Shown: positions 18,831 to 30,778, counted from the stretch's first letter. The stretch is 64,000 bases of DNA from Arcobacteraceae bacterium (GCA_963662945.1 OY759974.1:1728001-1792000); one strand, 5' to 3'. Numbers and translations: made by a program. Notes: generated by a model from the letters alone, not told the origin.

Positions 18831-19990
18831 TTAAAAGCTTTTACTATATTATTAAGTGAGATTTTGAGTTCATCAAGTGGCAATGCTACATTTATTCTAA
18901 AACATTTTTCACCTTCTTGTTTTGAAAAATTTTTCCCATCGTTCAGAAGTACTTTTGCTTTGTTTGTAAGTTTGGCAAAAATTTGATTATGTGACAACTC
19001 AAATTGTGAAAAATCTAACCAAATAAGATATGTAGCTTCATTCTGAACTACCTTAAGTTTTGGTAAATTTTTTTTAAAATATTCATAGGTAAAATTACAA
19101 TTATTTTCTAAATAAATATTGAGTTGCTCTATATATTCTAATCCTTTTTTACTATAAGCACTTTTAATTGCAATTGGAGCAAAGATATTTAATTCATCTA
19201 CATATCGTTTTTTTATTTCATTTTGCAATATACTATTTAGGTATTCATTTTTACATAGAGTATAAGCGATTTTTATCCCAGCAAGATTAAAAGATTTCGT
19301 TGGTGAGTTTAATACAATACAATTGTTTTCACACTCTTGCATATCTAATAAAGAAGTAAAAGAGGTAAAACAAAGATCACTATGAATCTCATCACTTATG
19401 ATGATGATATTATTTTGTTTACAAATTTTTGAAAGTTTTTCTAACTCTTTTTTAGTCCAAGAACGCCCTATTGGATTGTGAGGATTGCATAGAATAAGAA
19501 GTTTTGTTTTTTTAGATATTCTTTTTTTTAAGTCTTGGAAATCAATTTGATATTTATCATTTACTTTTTTTAATTTATTTTCTATGAGTACTCTATTATT
19601 GAGTTTGACTATATCATAAAATGGTGGATAAACAGGAGTTTGAATAATTACTTCATCATTTTGTTCACTAAAGGCAGAAATACAACAAGCTAGAGAACTT
19701 AAAACACTTGGCATAAGATGAATATGTTTTTTTTCTACTTCTATATTGTATTTCTTTTTTTGCCAAAATTTTATAGATTCAAATACTTCTTTATCAATAT
19801 GTGGATAACCCATAACTTTTGTCTGAAGTACTTTTTCTAAATTTTTTAAAATAAATTTTGGTACTTCAAAATCCATATCAGCAATCCACATAGGTTTTGT
19901 ATCTTTATCTACTTGAAATCTTTCCTCAATAGCATCATATTTGATGCAGTTTGTATTTTGTCTATTGATATATTTATCAAATTTTTTCAT
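18827..19990 (-). CDS. PatB/MalY-type PLP-dependent C-S lyase (probable ovothiol pathway lyase)
   Basis: PMWIADMDF, LCNPHNP, SDEIH, SPTKSFNLAG; start reassigned to ATG 19990, overlapping ovoA stop (TAATG). Confidence 0.88.
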   Translation of the reverse strand: MKKFDKYINRQNTNCIKYDAIEERFQVDKDTKPMWIADMDFEVPKFILKNLEKVLQTKVMGYPHIDKEVFESIKFWQKKKYNIEVEKKHIHLMPSVLSSLACCISAFSEQNDEVIIQTPVYPPFYDIVKLNNRVLIENKLKKVNDKYQIDFQDLKKRISKKTKLLILCNPHNPIGRSWTKKELEKLSKICKQNNIIIISDEIHSDLCFTSFTSLLDMQECENNCIVLNSPTKSFNLAGIKIAYTLCKNEYLNSILQNEIKKRYVDELNIFAPIAIKSAYSKKGLEYIEQLNIYLENNCNFTYEYFKKNLPKLKVVQNEATYLIWLDFSQFELSHNQIFAKLTNKAKVLLNDGKNFSKQEGEKCFRINVALPLDELKISLNNIVKAFN

Positions 19991-22071
19991 TATTTCTTCT
20001 TCCACACACTACATAAACTAAAAGTGTGTTGATATTTTCTACAATGCTCTTGTATTACAAATTCTACTTCAAAAGGTTTTTCAATCATTATAAAGTTTTC
20101 TAATAATATTTTGTTAAGTACATCTTGAGAGTATATTGGAGTATTGTTTTCTAATTTTCCTCCAAGCCAATCTTTTTTAGCAATATATTCTTCACTCCAA
20201 GTAAATGGAGAAGCAATGATTAATATCCCATCTTTGTTGAGTTTAGAGGTAATATCATTTAAGAATTTTTTACTATCATATAATCTATCGAGTAAGTTTA
20301 TAGCTACTATCATATCAAAAGAATGAAAATTTGGTTTTAGATTACAAGCATCTCCTTGCCAAAATTCTAAGCCTTGCATATCTAGAGCATCAAGTCCTAA
20401 GTCTTTTAGTGTTACAGTTTTATTTTGTGTAATATCACCTTCAATTTTTTGTTTATAATTAATATGTTTTTTTTCTTGTAAATTAATAGCTACTTTGATA
20501 AATCTTGCTGAAAAATCTATCCCTGTTACATTTGGAAAATATTTTTTAAGTTCAAAACTACATCGACCAACACTACAACCTAAATCTAATACTTTTTTTG
20601 TTGTTGCATTGCTGTATTTTTTTGCAATTTGAGCAATTGTTTTTGGGAAGTTTTGAACTCCTAAATACTCATCTCCATAGTGAAATTCACAATATTGAGC
20701 TACTATCTCATCACTTTCGTAATATTCTATATCTTCATCGATGTTTTGTGTACTATGTACATATCGAAATCCAGCATGTTGATAAAAATGTTTTCTAAAA
20801 GCATATCGTGCACTTTTAAGTATTTGATTTCCTTTACTTGCCCAAGAACCACCTTTTATAAGATTGTGCTGTCCATCAAATGTTGGAACAGAAAAGTCAT
20901 CATAGATTGGATGTACTTTAAAGCCATGGAATCCATCAATAGGTGTTCTACTCCATTGCCAAACATTTCCAACTACATCATAAAAATCTCCATGTTTATA
21001 CATATCTATAGGTGTTGAAGAGGAGTAGTGATGATTGATATTTGCTTCATATGTAACTTCTTCTGGTAAGTTACAAATCTCTCTTAGTCTATAATATTGT
21101 GCCTCACTTGGTAGTGTAATTTCTTTTGAGAGTTTTTCACTTTTGTATCTACAAAATGCCTCTGCTTCATGGCAGTTTACTTCTACTGGCCAATTAAGTG
21201 GCATCTCTATAATTTTTGTTAAGGTTCTATATTTGTAACCAGTTACATCAGGTATCCAAAATGGAGGATGAATAACTTTGTGTTCATTTTTCCATTCTAG
21301 TGCTTCAGTATCCCAAAATCTATCAGTTGTATAGCCATTATCATTTACAAATTCTAAATATTCACGATTTGATACAAGATATTGTGATGCTTCAAAATCT
21401 TCAACAGTTAGAATCTCTTTTCCATATTCATTATCCCAACCATAAAAATCATGGGCATTATGAGATTTTCCCAATATAAGAGTATCTCCAGAAACTTTAA
21501 GAAGTTTATTTTGTGGTGCAGTATCACTATTCTCAAAGATTTTAAAATAAGAAGAGTCTTTTAGAAATCTTATATCAAGTTGTCTATGTAAAACAGAGGA
21601 AGTTTCAAAATGAATATTTTCATGTTCAATTCCCATAAGAATAATCCACATAGGACTATCCCAAGTTATTGGAAGTGTGAAGTTTACTGTTTGAATATAG
21701 TCACATACACACTTTTTTACTTTTTCTCTATACTTTTTTGTTTTGTCTACAGTTGGGAATTGTATATTTTGTAAATCATCCCAAGCCATTTCATCAACAC
21801 CAATAGCAAAAATTGATTCCAATTCAGGGTCTATTCTAGTAGTGAGTTCTTGTGCTAAAATAAGTTTATTGATATAAAAAACAGCAGTATGTCCAAAATA
21901 AAAAATAAGTTTGTGTCTTAAAGGTTCTGGCTGTTCATAAAAAACAGAATCTTCAATAAAAATATCAAATAACTTTTCAAAACTTTCAAATGTTTCTAAA
22001 AAGTATTTTGCTATCTCTTCTCTTTTATCTTCTATACTGTTTCCATCTAATGCTATATTTTTTTGTTTCAA
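19990..22071 (-). CDS. ovoA: 5-histidylcysteine sulfoxide synthase / methyltransferase OvoA
   Basis: DinB-like FYFGHTAVFY and EHENIHFET; FGE-like YGWDNEYG, GNVWQW, HPIYDDFS; C-terminal SAM domain LDLGCSVGR, GDACNL. Confidence 0.93.
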   Translation of the reverse strand: MKQKNIALDGNSIEDKREEIAKYFLETFESFEKLFDIFIEDSVFYEQPEPLRHKLIFYFGHTAVFYINKLILAQELTTRIDPELESIFAIGVDEMAWDDLQNIQFPTVDKTKKYREKVKKCVCDYIQTVNFTLPITWDSPMWIILMGIEHENIHFETSSVLHRQLDIRFLKDSSYFKIFENSDTAPQNKLLKVSGDTLILGKSHNAHDFYGWDNEYGKEILTVEDFEASQYLVSNREYLEFVNDNGYTTDRFWDTEALEWKNEHKVIHPPFWIPDVTGYKYRTLTKIIEMPLNWPVEVNCHEAEAFCRYKSEKLSKEITLPSEAQYYRLREICNLPEEVTYEANINHHYSSSTPIDMYKHGDFYDVVGNVWQWSRTPIDGFHGFKVHPIYDDFSVPTFDGQHNLIKGGSWASKGNQILKSARYAFRKHFYQHAGFRYVHSTQNIDEDIEYYESDEIVAQYCEFHYGDEYLGVQNFPKTIAQIAKKYSNATTKKVLDLGCSVGRCSFELKKYFPNVTGIDFSARFIKVAINLQEKKHINYKQKIEGDITQNKTVTLKDLGLDALDMQGLEFWQGDACNLKPNFHSFDMIVAINLLDRLYDSKKFLNDITSKLNKDGILIIASPFTWSEEYIAKKDWLGGKLENNTPIYSQDVLNKILLENFIMIEKPFEVEFVIQEHCRKYQHTFSLCSVWKKK

Positions 22072-22157
22072 AACTTGCCTTCTTTTTTCTTTGATTTTAT
22101 TCTACCAAAAGATTGATTTGATACAATAATGTTTATAACAAATTTAAGGGTAAAATA

Positions 22158-22442
22158 ATGGCAACAGCAAGTGCAAGACATATATTAGTAGCAGATGAGA
22201 TAGTTTGTAATGAATTAAAAAAGAAAATATTAGCAGGTGAAACAACATTTGAAAAAGCAGCACAAGATTATTCACAATGCCCATCAGGTGCAGATGGTGG
22301 AGATTTAGGAACTTTTCCAAGAGGTGCTATGGTACCTGAGTTTGATAAAGTAGTATTTGAAGAGGAAGTTGGAGTAGTTCATGGTCCTGTGAAAACACAA
22401 TTTGGATGGCATTTACTAGAAACAACTTCAAGAGAAGACTAG
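22158..22442 (+). CDS. ppiC: Parvulin peptidyl-prolyl isomerase
   Basis: ASARHILV, SQCPSG..GGDLG, KTQFGWH. Confidence 0.93.
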   Translation: MATASARHILVADEIVCNELKKKILAGETTFEKAAQDYSQCPSGADGGDLGTFPRGAMVPEFDKVVFEEEVGVVHGPVKTQFGWHLLETTSRED

Positions 22443-22456
22443 GAGGATAAAATCCA

Positions 22457-22963
22457 ATGGCAAAATCAAAAGAACACAGCTTTGATATCTCTGCAAAATT
22501 AAATATGCAGGATATGAAAGATGCAGTAATCCAAGCACAAAAAGAGATTGATAATCGTTATGATTTCAAAGGTATTACAAAAGAGATAGATTTTAATCCT
22601 ACAGCAAAAACATTAGTTCTTATAAGTGCAAGTGATAATAAAATAGATGCAATGAAAGATGTTCTTATTTCTAAAATGAATAAAAGAGGGGTTTCAATAA
22701 ACTCTATTGAAGAAGTAAAGTCTGAAGATGCAAGTGGAAATAATAGAAGATTTACCTATAAAATCATTGATAGTATTGAAGCAGATGATGCAAGAAGAAT
22801 TCAAAAAGAGATAAAAGATTTAAAACTTAAAGTGACAGCCGCAAATCAAGGTGATGAGATACGAGTAAGTGGAAAAAATCTTGATGATTTACAAAAAGTT
22901 ATAGCACATTTGAGAGGTTTAGAAGATTTAAAAGTACCTTTGACTTTTGATAACTTTAGATAG
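22457..22963 (+). CDS. yajQ: YajQ family c-di-GMP/nucleotide-binding protein
   Basis: SFDIS, NRYDFKG, QGDEIRVSGK..DDLQ, FDNFR. Confidence 0.92.
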   Translation: MAKSKEHSFDISAKLNMQDMKDAVIQAQKEIDNRYDFKGITKEIDFNPTAKTLVLISASDNKIDAMKDVLISKMNKRGVSINSIEEVKSEDASGNNRRFTYKIIDSIEADDARRIQKEIKDLKLKVTAANQGDEIRVSGKNLDDLQKVIAHLRGLEDLKVPLTFDNFR

Positions 22964-22993
22964 ATAAATTGTAGAGATTTCTCTACAATTTAT
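22964..22993. terminator. Bidirectional terminator hairpin
   Basis: ATAAATTGTAGAGA-TT-TCTCTACAATTTAT perfect 14-bp inverted repeat between convergent genes. Confidence 0.8.
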
Positions 22994-23453
22994 TTTCCAT
23001 TCGTAACTTTCTTCTTCGTTTTCCATCTTCAAATCGTCTTTTGCACTCTTCTGACTCTGGATTTAAAGGTGGTACTGGTGTTGGTTTTTTATCATCACCC
23101 AAAGCAACCATTGTAAAATAACAAGTATGTGTATGTGTTACTATTTTTTTCTGAATATTCTCAGAAACCACTTTTATCCCTATCTCCATAGAGGTAGTTC
23201 CAGTATAGTTTACATGGGCAAAAAAAGTAACAAAATCTCCTACAAAAATAGGGTGCTTAAAAAGTACTTTATCAACAGAAAGTGTTACAACATAGTGTCC
23301 ACAATATCTTGTTGCACAGGCATAAGCTATTTGATCCAGATATTTTAAAAGCTCGCCACCGTGAACATGTCCTGTGAAATTTGCTTTATCTGGTGTCATT
23401 AAAACACTCATTTGCATTGATCGAATATCTGTATTTAAAACATTACTATCCAT
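22983..23453 (-). CDS. Acyl-CoA thioesterase (hotdog fold)
   Basis: ANFTGHVHGG, YTGTTSMEIG; start reassigned to ATG 23453 with GGAG RBS. Confidence 0.9.
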   Translation of the reverse strand: MDSNVLNTDIRSMQMSVLMTPDKANFTGHVHGGELLKYLDQIAYACATRYCGHYVVTLSVDKVLFKHPIFVGDFVTFFAHVNYTGTTSMEIGIKVVSENIQKKIVTHTHTCYFTMVALGDDKKPTPVPPLNPESEECKRRFEDGKRRRKLRMENKL

Positions 23454-23525
23454 TTTTGTCTCCAAAGTTTACTATAATAAAATCTTATCACTATTGTATA
23501 GTATTTATATAGCAAAAATTATAAT

Positions 23526-25481
<1,956 letters not shown>

Positions 25482-25612
25482 TCAAATTCTCATTAGTTTA
25501 TAGTATTAGTAATGTATTTTACCAAATGATTGATTTGGTTTAGTTATGGTGAGGTTATTTTATAAAAAGTTAGAGAAAGTTGAGTATTGTTTTTTGGTAT
25601 TAGAAATTATTT

Positions 25613-25945
25613 CTAATACCCATGTAATGCGTTAAACTCTAGTAAAGCACTACAATTAGTACAGCTACTACTTCCAATATGCTCATTACATTTTATACAA
25701 GGGTGTGTGATATGATCAAAATTTCTTGATACACTACAGTTTGGATTTTGTATAGCCATATATGATACATTTAATACAGGGTCGTATGCTAATGTATCAA
25801 GAATCTCTTTCGGTGTGTGGATATTTGTAGCTAATGCTCTTCTTACAACTGTATTTACATTTCGTTTTAATCTATGTAAAACACTTTCATCTGAACTGTT
25901 GATTGCTAACTGTAACTCTTCATCAATATTAATCATCGCACTCAT
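25613..25945 (-). CDS. Small protein with leucine-rich-variant-like helical repeat and C-terminal CxxC-x8-CxxC
   Basis: VRRALATN.HTP.EILDTLAYDP...V...AIQNPN; CIKC...CTNC; AAGGA RBS. Confidence 0.7.
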   Translation of the reverse strand: MSAMINIDEELQLAINSSDESVLHRLKRNVNTVVRRALATNIHTPKEILDTLAYDPVLNVSYMAIQNPNCSVSRNFDHITHPCIKCNEHIGSSSCTNCSALLEFNALHGY

Positions 25946-25968
25946 GTTAAATCCTTATTAGAGAATTT

Positions 25969-26045
25969 GTATACTTTTAGTTATTTTATAAGTATACTTT
26001 ATATTGTGTATTATATATACAACTACTATAATATAATATATACAA
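25969..26045. promoter_or_regulatory. Four TATAC cores at exact 23-bp period upstream of the 25613-25945 gene (putative operator array)
   Basis: TATAC at 25970, 25993, 26016, 26039; GTATACTTT x2 and ATATATACAA x2. Confidence 0.5.
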
Positions 26046-26076
26046 ATAAGAGTAATATTGTCTTTTAAGATTGTAT

Positions 26077-26982
26077 TCAGTTCTGAAAAATCAAGTTTTT
26101 TAAAGCTCTTTGTGGTTCATTTGTCTCAAATTCTTCAGGGTTTTCAAGTCGTTTTACAAAACTAAAAGTTGGTGCAAATTCTTTAAAAATATTGACTATA
26201 AAATTTTCATCTAAATTTGGAGCATTTAAACATGCCATTACTGTACAATCAACACTTGAAAATTCATGAAGTTTTTTGATTATTTTTTGATAATCTTTTG
26301 TTGCTTCAAAACTTCCTTTTTGAAAAGTAGGGGGATCTATGATGATTATATCAAAAGGACCATCTCTTTTAATACGTCCAAATGATTTTAAAATATTATG
26401 GGGATAAAATTTTACCTTTGTAGTATCAAGGTTATTTAACTGATGATTTATTCTACCTGTATTTAAAGCATTTTTTGCCATATCCATGTTTACTACTAAG
26501 TTTGCGTCACCTTTCATTGCAGCTAAACTAAAACCACATGTGTATGAAAAAAGATTTAAAACTTTTTTATTATTAGCAATATCTTGAATATAGGCTCTTC
26601 CATTTTTCATATCTGGAAAATAACCACTATTTTGATTTGATAAAAGATTGAGTTTAAATAGTAGCTGGTTCTCTTTGGCAATGACTTCATCATCGAGTGT
26701 TCCAACTATAATCTCTGTAGAGGTTTTTTCGATATAACGTCTTTGTAAAATTATAGTTTGATGTTGAGTATTTTCTATAAATTTGATAAGCATTTCTAAA
26801 AGTTCTTTTTCTAGTTCTATAGAGATTTCATCATAAAATGCTACACTTAAAATAGTATCAATAGAATCAATAGTTAAGAACTTCCAATCTTCATATACTC
26901 CACCTCGACCATGAAAAATTCTTTTAAATTCAGATGTTAAGTTTGAGGAGTTTTTTTCTAATATCTCTTTTACAATATTCAT
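26077..26982 (-). CDS. Class I SAM-dependent methyltransferase (RlmI/RlmK-like)
   Basis: RIFHGRG, GYFPDM, VLNLFSYT, IIDPPTF; ATG 26982 overlaps upstream stop. Confidence 0.88.
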   Translation of the reverse strand: MNIVKEILEKNSSNLTSEFKRIFHGRGGVYEDWKFLTIDSIDTILSVAFYDEISIELEKELLEMLIKFIENTQHQTIILQRRYIEKTSTEIIVGTLDDEVIAKENQLLFKLNLLSNQNSGYFPDMKNGRAYIQDIANNKKVLNLFSYTCGFSLAAMKGDANLVVNMDMAKNALNTGRINHQLNNLDTTKVKFYPHNILKSFGRIKRDGPFDIIIIDPPTFQKGSFEATKDYQKIIKKLHEFSSVDCTVMACLNAPNLDENFIVNIFKEFAPTFSFVKRLENPEEFETNEPQRALKNLIFQN

Positions 26983-27173
26983 TAACAAATCTCTTGCACT
27001 CTACCTACATCACCAGTTGTGAGGCGTACTTTTATTCCATGTGGATGTGTTGGGGAGTTTGTAAGAATATCTTTCACTATTCCTTGTGTTAATTTCCCAC
27101 TTCTTTGGTCTTGTTTTAAGACAATATTGACTTTAAGTCCTTGTTTTATATTAATTCTTTTTTTCCCATCCAT
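26982..27173 (-). CDS. YwbE family protein
   Basis: VLKQDQRSGKLTQG...HPHGIKVRL..G.VGRV. Confidence 0.88.
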   Translation of the reverse strand: MDGKKRINIKQGLKVNIVLKQDQRSGKLTQGIVKDILTNSPTHPHGIKVRLTTGDVGRVQEIC

Positions 27174-27255
27174 ATTCAAAATCCTCTATTTTTATGAGAT
27201 TATATCTATTGTTTGCTATAATTTGTTAGTAATAAATTATGTATACGGAGAGAAG

Positions 27256-27597
27256 ATGAGTTATAGTGAGATATTTATAATAGGTTGGAACCTCAATGCG
27301 TTGATGTTTGTAGTCAATCTTATTTTGGCATTTAATGTTATAAAATCAAATGATCCAGTTGAAGTATCACGAGCCCATGAAAAATTAGGAAGATTAAAAG
27401 AAGAAGTAGATATGTATTATCCAAATAGAGGATTAGAAACAATAGGTACATATCTTATCCCTTTTACTGCTTTTTATAGAGTCTCATTTCGGTTATATGA
27501 GATGAATATGTTTTTTAAAGCAAATCAAACAGCAAGTATGTTTGACTTTATGATTTATAGATATGAAAAAGATATTCAACTAGCTAAAACCAAATAG
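27256..27597 (+). CDS. Hypothetical membrane protein (113 aa)
   Basis: True start ATG 27256 after GGAGAG; N-terminal hydrophobic helix. Confidence 0.7.
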   Translation: MSYSEIFIIGWNLNALMFVVNLILAFNVIKSNDPVEVSRAHEKLGRLKEEVDMYYPNRGLETIGTYLIPFTAFYRVSFRLYEMNMFFKANQTASMFDFMIYRYEKDIQLAKTK

Positions 27598-27644
27598 TAA
27601 CTTTTGTATAGTAAAATCATAACACTTCGAGAAAAAGGTTACAA

Positions 27645-29735
27645 ATGAAATTAAAATCACTGTATATATCGCCACAAGAGATAGAATCAGGAGCCGTTGT
27701 TATATCATTTGGACTTATGGCATTATTAAAAAGAAAGTATGAAAAAGTAGCATTCTTTCGACCTATAGTATCACAAGTTCCAAACAATGATATTGATTTA
27801 ATAGTGAATAACTTCAAGCTTCAAATAGATAAAAAAGATTGTTATGGAGTTGATATACAAAGAGCAAAAGAATTAATATCTGCAAACAAAATAGATAAAC
27901 TCTATGAGATACTTATTGAAAAATATGAAAATCTTAAAGCAAATTATGACTTTGTATTGATTCAAGGTGTAAGTGGAGATAGCTTATCTATTATTGCTGA
28001 TTTTGATATTAACTTAGAGTTAGCAAAAAATTTTGATACAAATTTTGTTGCGGTGTTAAATGGAAAAGATAAAACATATACACAACTTTTAGAAGATATT
28101 TCTATAGAAGCATCTAATATTAAACATAGTGGTTGTATTCATTTTGCCACTTTTATTAATCGTGTCAAAAAAGAGTATATAGAAGATATCGAAAGTAGTA
28201 ACAATGATTATTTACTTTATTGTATTGAAGAGGTGCAAGAATTATCAGCATTGACTATTTGGGATATACAAAATAGACTTGATGCAAAGGTTGTTTTTGA
28301 AGTTCCAGAGTATCTTCATAGAACAATAGATAATATAAAAGTTGCAGCAATGAGTTTTGATAATTATATCAAACATATTCAACCAAATGACTTGATAATA
28401 GTTCCTGCTGATAGAAGTGATATTGTTGTAGGTTCAATTGCTGCAGTTCATTCTAAAACAATTCCAAGTATTAGTTGTATACTTTTAACAGGAGATATGA
28501 AACTTAAAAAGCCTATAAAAGAGCTTTTAAAAGGATTTAATGAACATATTCCTATCTTAAAAGTAGAAGAAAATACTTTTGAAATAGCAAAAAAAGTTTC
28601 AGATATCAAACCTATAATCAAAGCAGATAATAAAAGAAAAACTTCCATAATTGAAGGACTTTTTAATTCTTCTGTAGATATGGATGCTATAGAAAAACAT
28701 TTATCCTCAGATACAAATCATATAGTCACACCTTTAATGTTTGAATATTCTCTTTTAAAAAGAGCAAGAGAAAATAAACAAACAATAGTGTTACCAGAAG
28801 CAAAAGATGAAAGGATTTTAAAAGCTACACAAATACTTTTAAACTCTGATGTAGTAGATATCGTTTTATTAGGAGATGAGGTTGAGATAAAACATAGAGC
28901 AAGTTTATTGGGGATAGATATTTCAAAAGCAGTGATAATGAACCCTATGAACTCAAAACATCTTGAATATCTCGCAGAAGAGTTTTATAAAATTAGAAAA
29001 CATAAGGGATTGAGTTTAGAACAAGCGAAAGAAACATTACAGACTATTCCAAACTATTTTGCAACAATGATGGTACAAACAGGTTTAGCAAATGGTATGG
29101 TAAGTGGAAGTATCAGTACAACAGCAGATACAGTAAGACCTGCATTACAAATTATTAAAACTACAAAAGAAACACCAATAGTTTCAAGTGTTTTTTTTAT
29201 GTGCTTAGATACAAAAGTTTTAGTATACGGAGATTGTGCAATTAACTTGGATCCAACTGCCGTTGAGTTGGCAACTATAGCTAAAAGTAGTGCTCAAACA
29301 GCCAAAGCTTTTGGAATAGAACCAAAAGTAGCAATGCTTTCTTATTCAACTGGACAAAGTGGAAGTGGAGATGATGTAGAAAAAGTAAAAGAAGCTACAA
29401 AAATACTTCAAGAAGAAGGAAATCTATTAGTTGAAGGACCAATTCAATACGATGCGGCTATTGAAAAAAGTGTTGCTAAACAAAAGCTTCCAAATAGTTT
29501 AGTGGCTGGTGATGCAAATGTTTTAATTTTCCCAGATTTAAATACTGGAAATAATACTTACAAGGCAGTTCAAAGAAGTAGTGGTGCTGTTGCTATTGGT
29601 CCAGTTTTACAAGGACTTAATAAACCTATTAATGATTTAAGTAGAGGTTGTTTAGTAAATGATATAGTAAATACTATAGCTATTACAGCTATTCAGGCAC
29701 AGGCAATTGAAGATAATAATGAAGGAAAAAAATGA
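27645..29735 (+). CDS. pta: Phosphate acetyltransferase (long form with N-terminal/DRTGG domains)
   Basis: IVLPEAKDER, GDCAIN, GPIQYDAA, GNNTYKAVQR, NDLSRG. Confidence 0.96.
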   Translation: MKLKSLYISPQEIESGAVVISFGLMALLKRKYEKVAFFRPIVSQVPNNDIDLIVNNFKLQIDKKDCYGVDIQRAKELISANKIDKLYEILIEKYENLKANYDFVLIQGVSGDSLSIIADFDINLELAKNFDTNFVAVLNGKDKTYTQLLEDISIEASNIKHSGCIHFATFINRVKKEYIEDIESSNNDYLLYCIEEVQELSALTIWDIQNRLDAKVVFEVPEYLHRTIDNIKVAAMSFDNYIKHIQPNDLIIVPADRSDIVVGSIAAVHSKTIPSISCILLTGDMKLKKPIKELLKGFNEHIPILKVEENTFEIAKKVSDIKPIIKADNKRKTSIIEGLFNSSVDMDAIEKHLSSDTNHIVTPLMFEYSLLKRARENKQTIVLPEAKDERILKATQILLNSDVVDIVLLGDEVEIKHRASLLGIDISKAVIMNPMNSKHLEYLAEEFYKIRKHKGLSLEQAKETLQTIPNYFATMMVQTGLANGMVSGSISTTADTVRPALQIIKTTKETPIVSSVFFMCLDTKVLVYGDCAINLDPTAVELATIAKSSAQTAKAFGIEPKVAMLSYSTGQSGSGDDVEKVKEATKILQEEGNLLVEGPIQYDAAIEKSVAKQKLPNSLVAGDANVLIFPDLNTGNNTYKAVQRSSGAVAIGPVLQGLNKPINDLSRGCLVNDIVNTIAITAIQAQAIEDNNEGKK

Positions 29736-30778
29736 AAATTTTAGTACTGAATAGCGGAAGTTCATCTATAAAATATAAATTGTTTTGTAAAGAAACAATG
29801 GAAGAGTTAAAAGCAGGTATTAAAGAAGAAGTCAAATCTCACAAAGAAGGGATAGAAAAAATTCTTGCAAAACTTACAGAAGAAAATTTGATTAATGACC
29901 CCAAAGAGATCTTTTGTGTGGGACATAGAGTAGTTCATGGGGGAGATTTTTTTACAAAAGCTACCTTAGTAGATGATGAGGTGATACAAAAAATAGAGAT
30001 ATTATGTGAACTTGCACCTTTACATAATCCAGCAAATTTAGAAGGGATAAAAGCAGTAAAAGCAACTTTGGGAGATATTCCACAAGTGATAGTTTGTGAT
30101 ACTGCTTTTCATCAAACGATTCCTAATTATGCGAGTTTTTATCCACTACCATATGAGTATTATGAAAAATATCATATAAGAAAATATGGATTTCATGGGA
30201 CAAGTCATCAGTATATTGCGGAAGCCGCTGCAAAACAATTGGGAAAACCACTTGAAGAGTGTAATCTTATCACTTTACATTTAGGAAATGGTTCAAGTGC
30301 TTGTGCTATAAAAAATGGAAAAAGTATTGATACTTCTATGGGATTTACACCACTTGAAGGTTTAATGATGGGTACAAGATGTGGTGATATTGATGGCTCT
30401 TTGGTATATTATTTAGAAGAGAAGTTAAATTGTTCAAGAGAAGAGATATATAATATTCTAAATAAAGAGAGTGGTTTCAAAGGCTTATGTGGTACAAGTG
30501 ATTTAAGAGAAGTTATAAAACTTATTGACCAATGTGATACACATGCAAAACTAGCCCTTGATATGTTTATCTACAGAGTAAAAAAATATATAGGAAGTTA
30601 TCTTATGATTTTAGGAAAAGTTGATGCTATAGTCTTAACTGGTGGAATAGGGGAAAATAGTCAACTTGTACGACATGCAATCTATGAGTCAACTGATAAG
30701 TTTGATTTAGTACATATTACTATTACAACAGATGAAGAAAAATCAATTGCAATGCAATCAAGGGAGCTTTTAGATTGA
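29732..30778 (+). CDS. ackA: Acetate kinase (compact, 348 aa)
   Basis: NSGSSS, GHRVVHGG, APLHNP, GFHGTSH, HLGNG, GGIGEN, TDEE. Confidence 0.95.
   Translation: MKILVLNSGSSSIKYKLFCKETMEELKAGIKEEVKSHKEGIEKILAKLTEENLINDPKEIFCVGHRVVHGGDFFTKATLVDDEVIQKIEILCELAPLHNPANLEGIKAVKATLGDIPQVIVCDTAFHQTIPNYASFYPLPYEYYEKYHIRKYGFHGTSHQYIAEAAAKQLGKPLEECNLITLHLGNGSSACAIKNGKSIDTSMGFTPLEGLMMGTRCGDIDGSLVYYLEEKLNCSREEIYNILNKESGFKGLCGTSDLREVIKLIDQCDTHAKLALDMFIYRVKKYIGSYLMILGKVDAIVLTGGIGENSQLVRHAIYESTDKFDLVHITITTDEEKSIAMQSRELLD

Noticed and set aside
19990-22071. Possible selenium variant (ovoselenol/selenoneine) cluster or egtB
   Set aside because: No selD or selenosugar genes are nearby, and the fused C-terminal methyltransferase and motifs fit canonical OvoA.
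27019-27255. N-terminal extension of the 27019-27597 ORF
   Set aside because: It overlaps ywbE antisense; a good RBS and ATG at 27256 give a cleaner gene.
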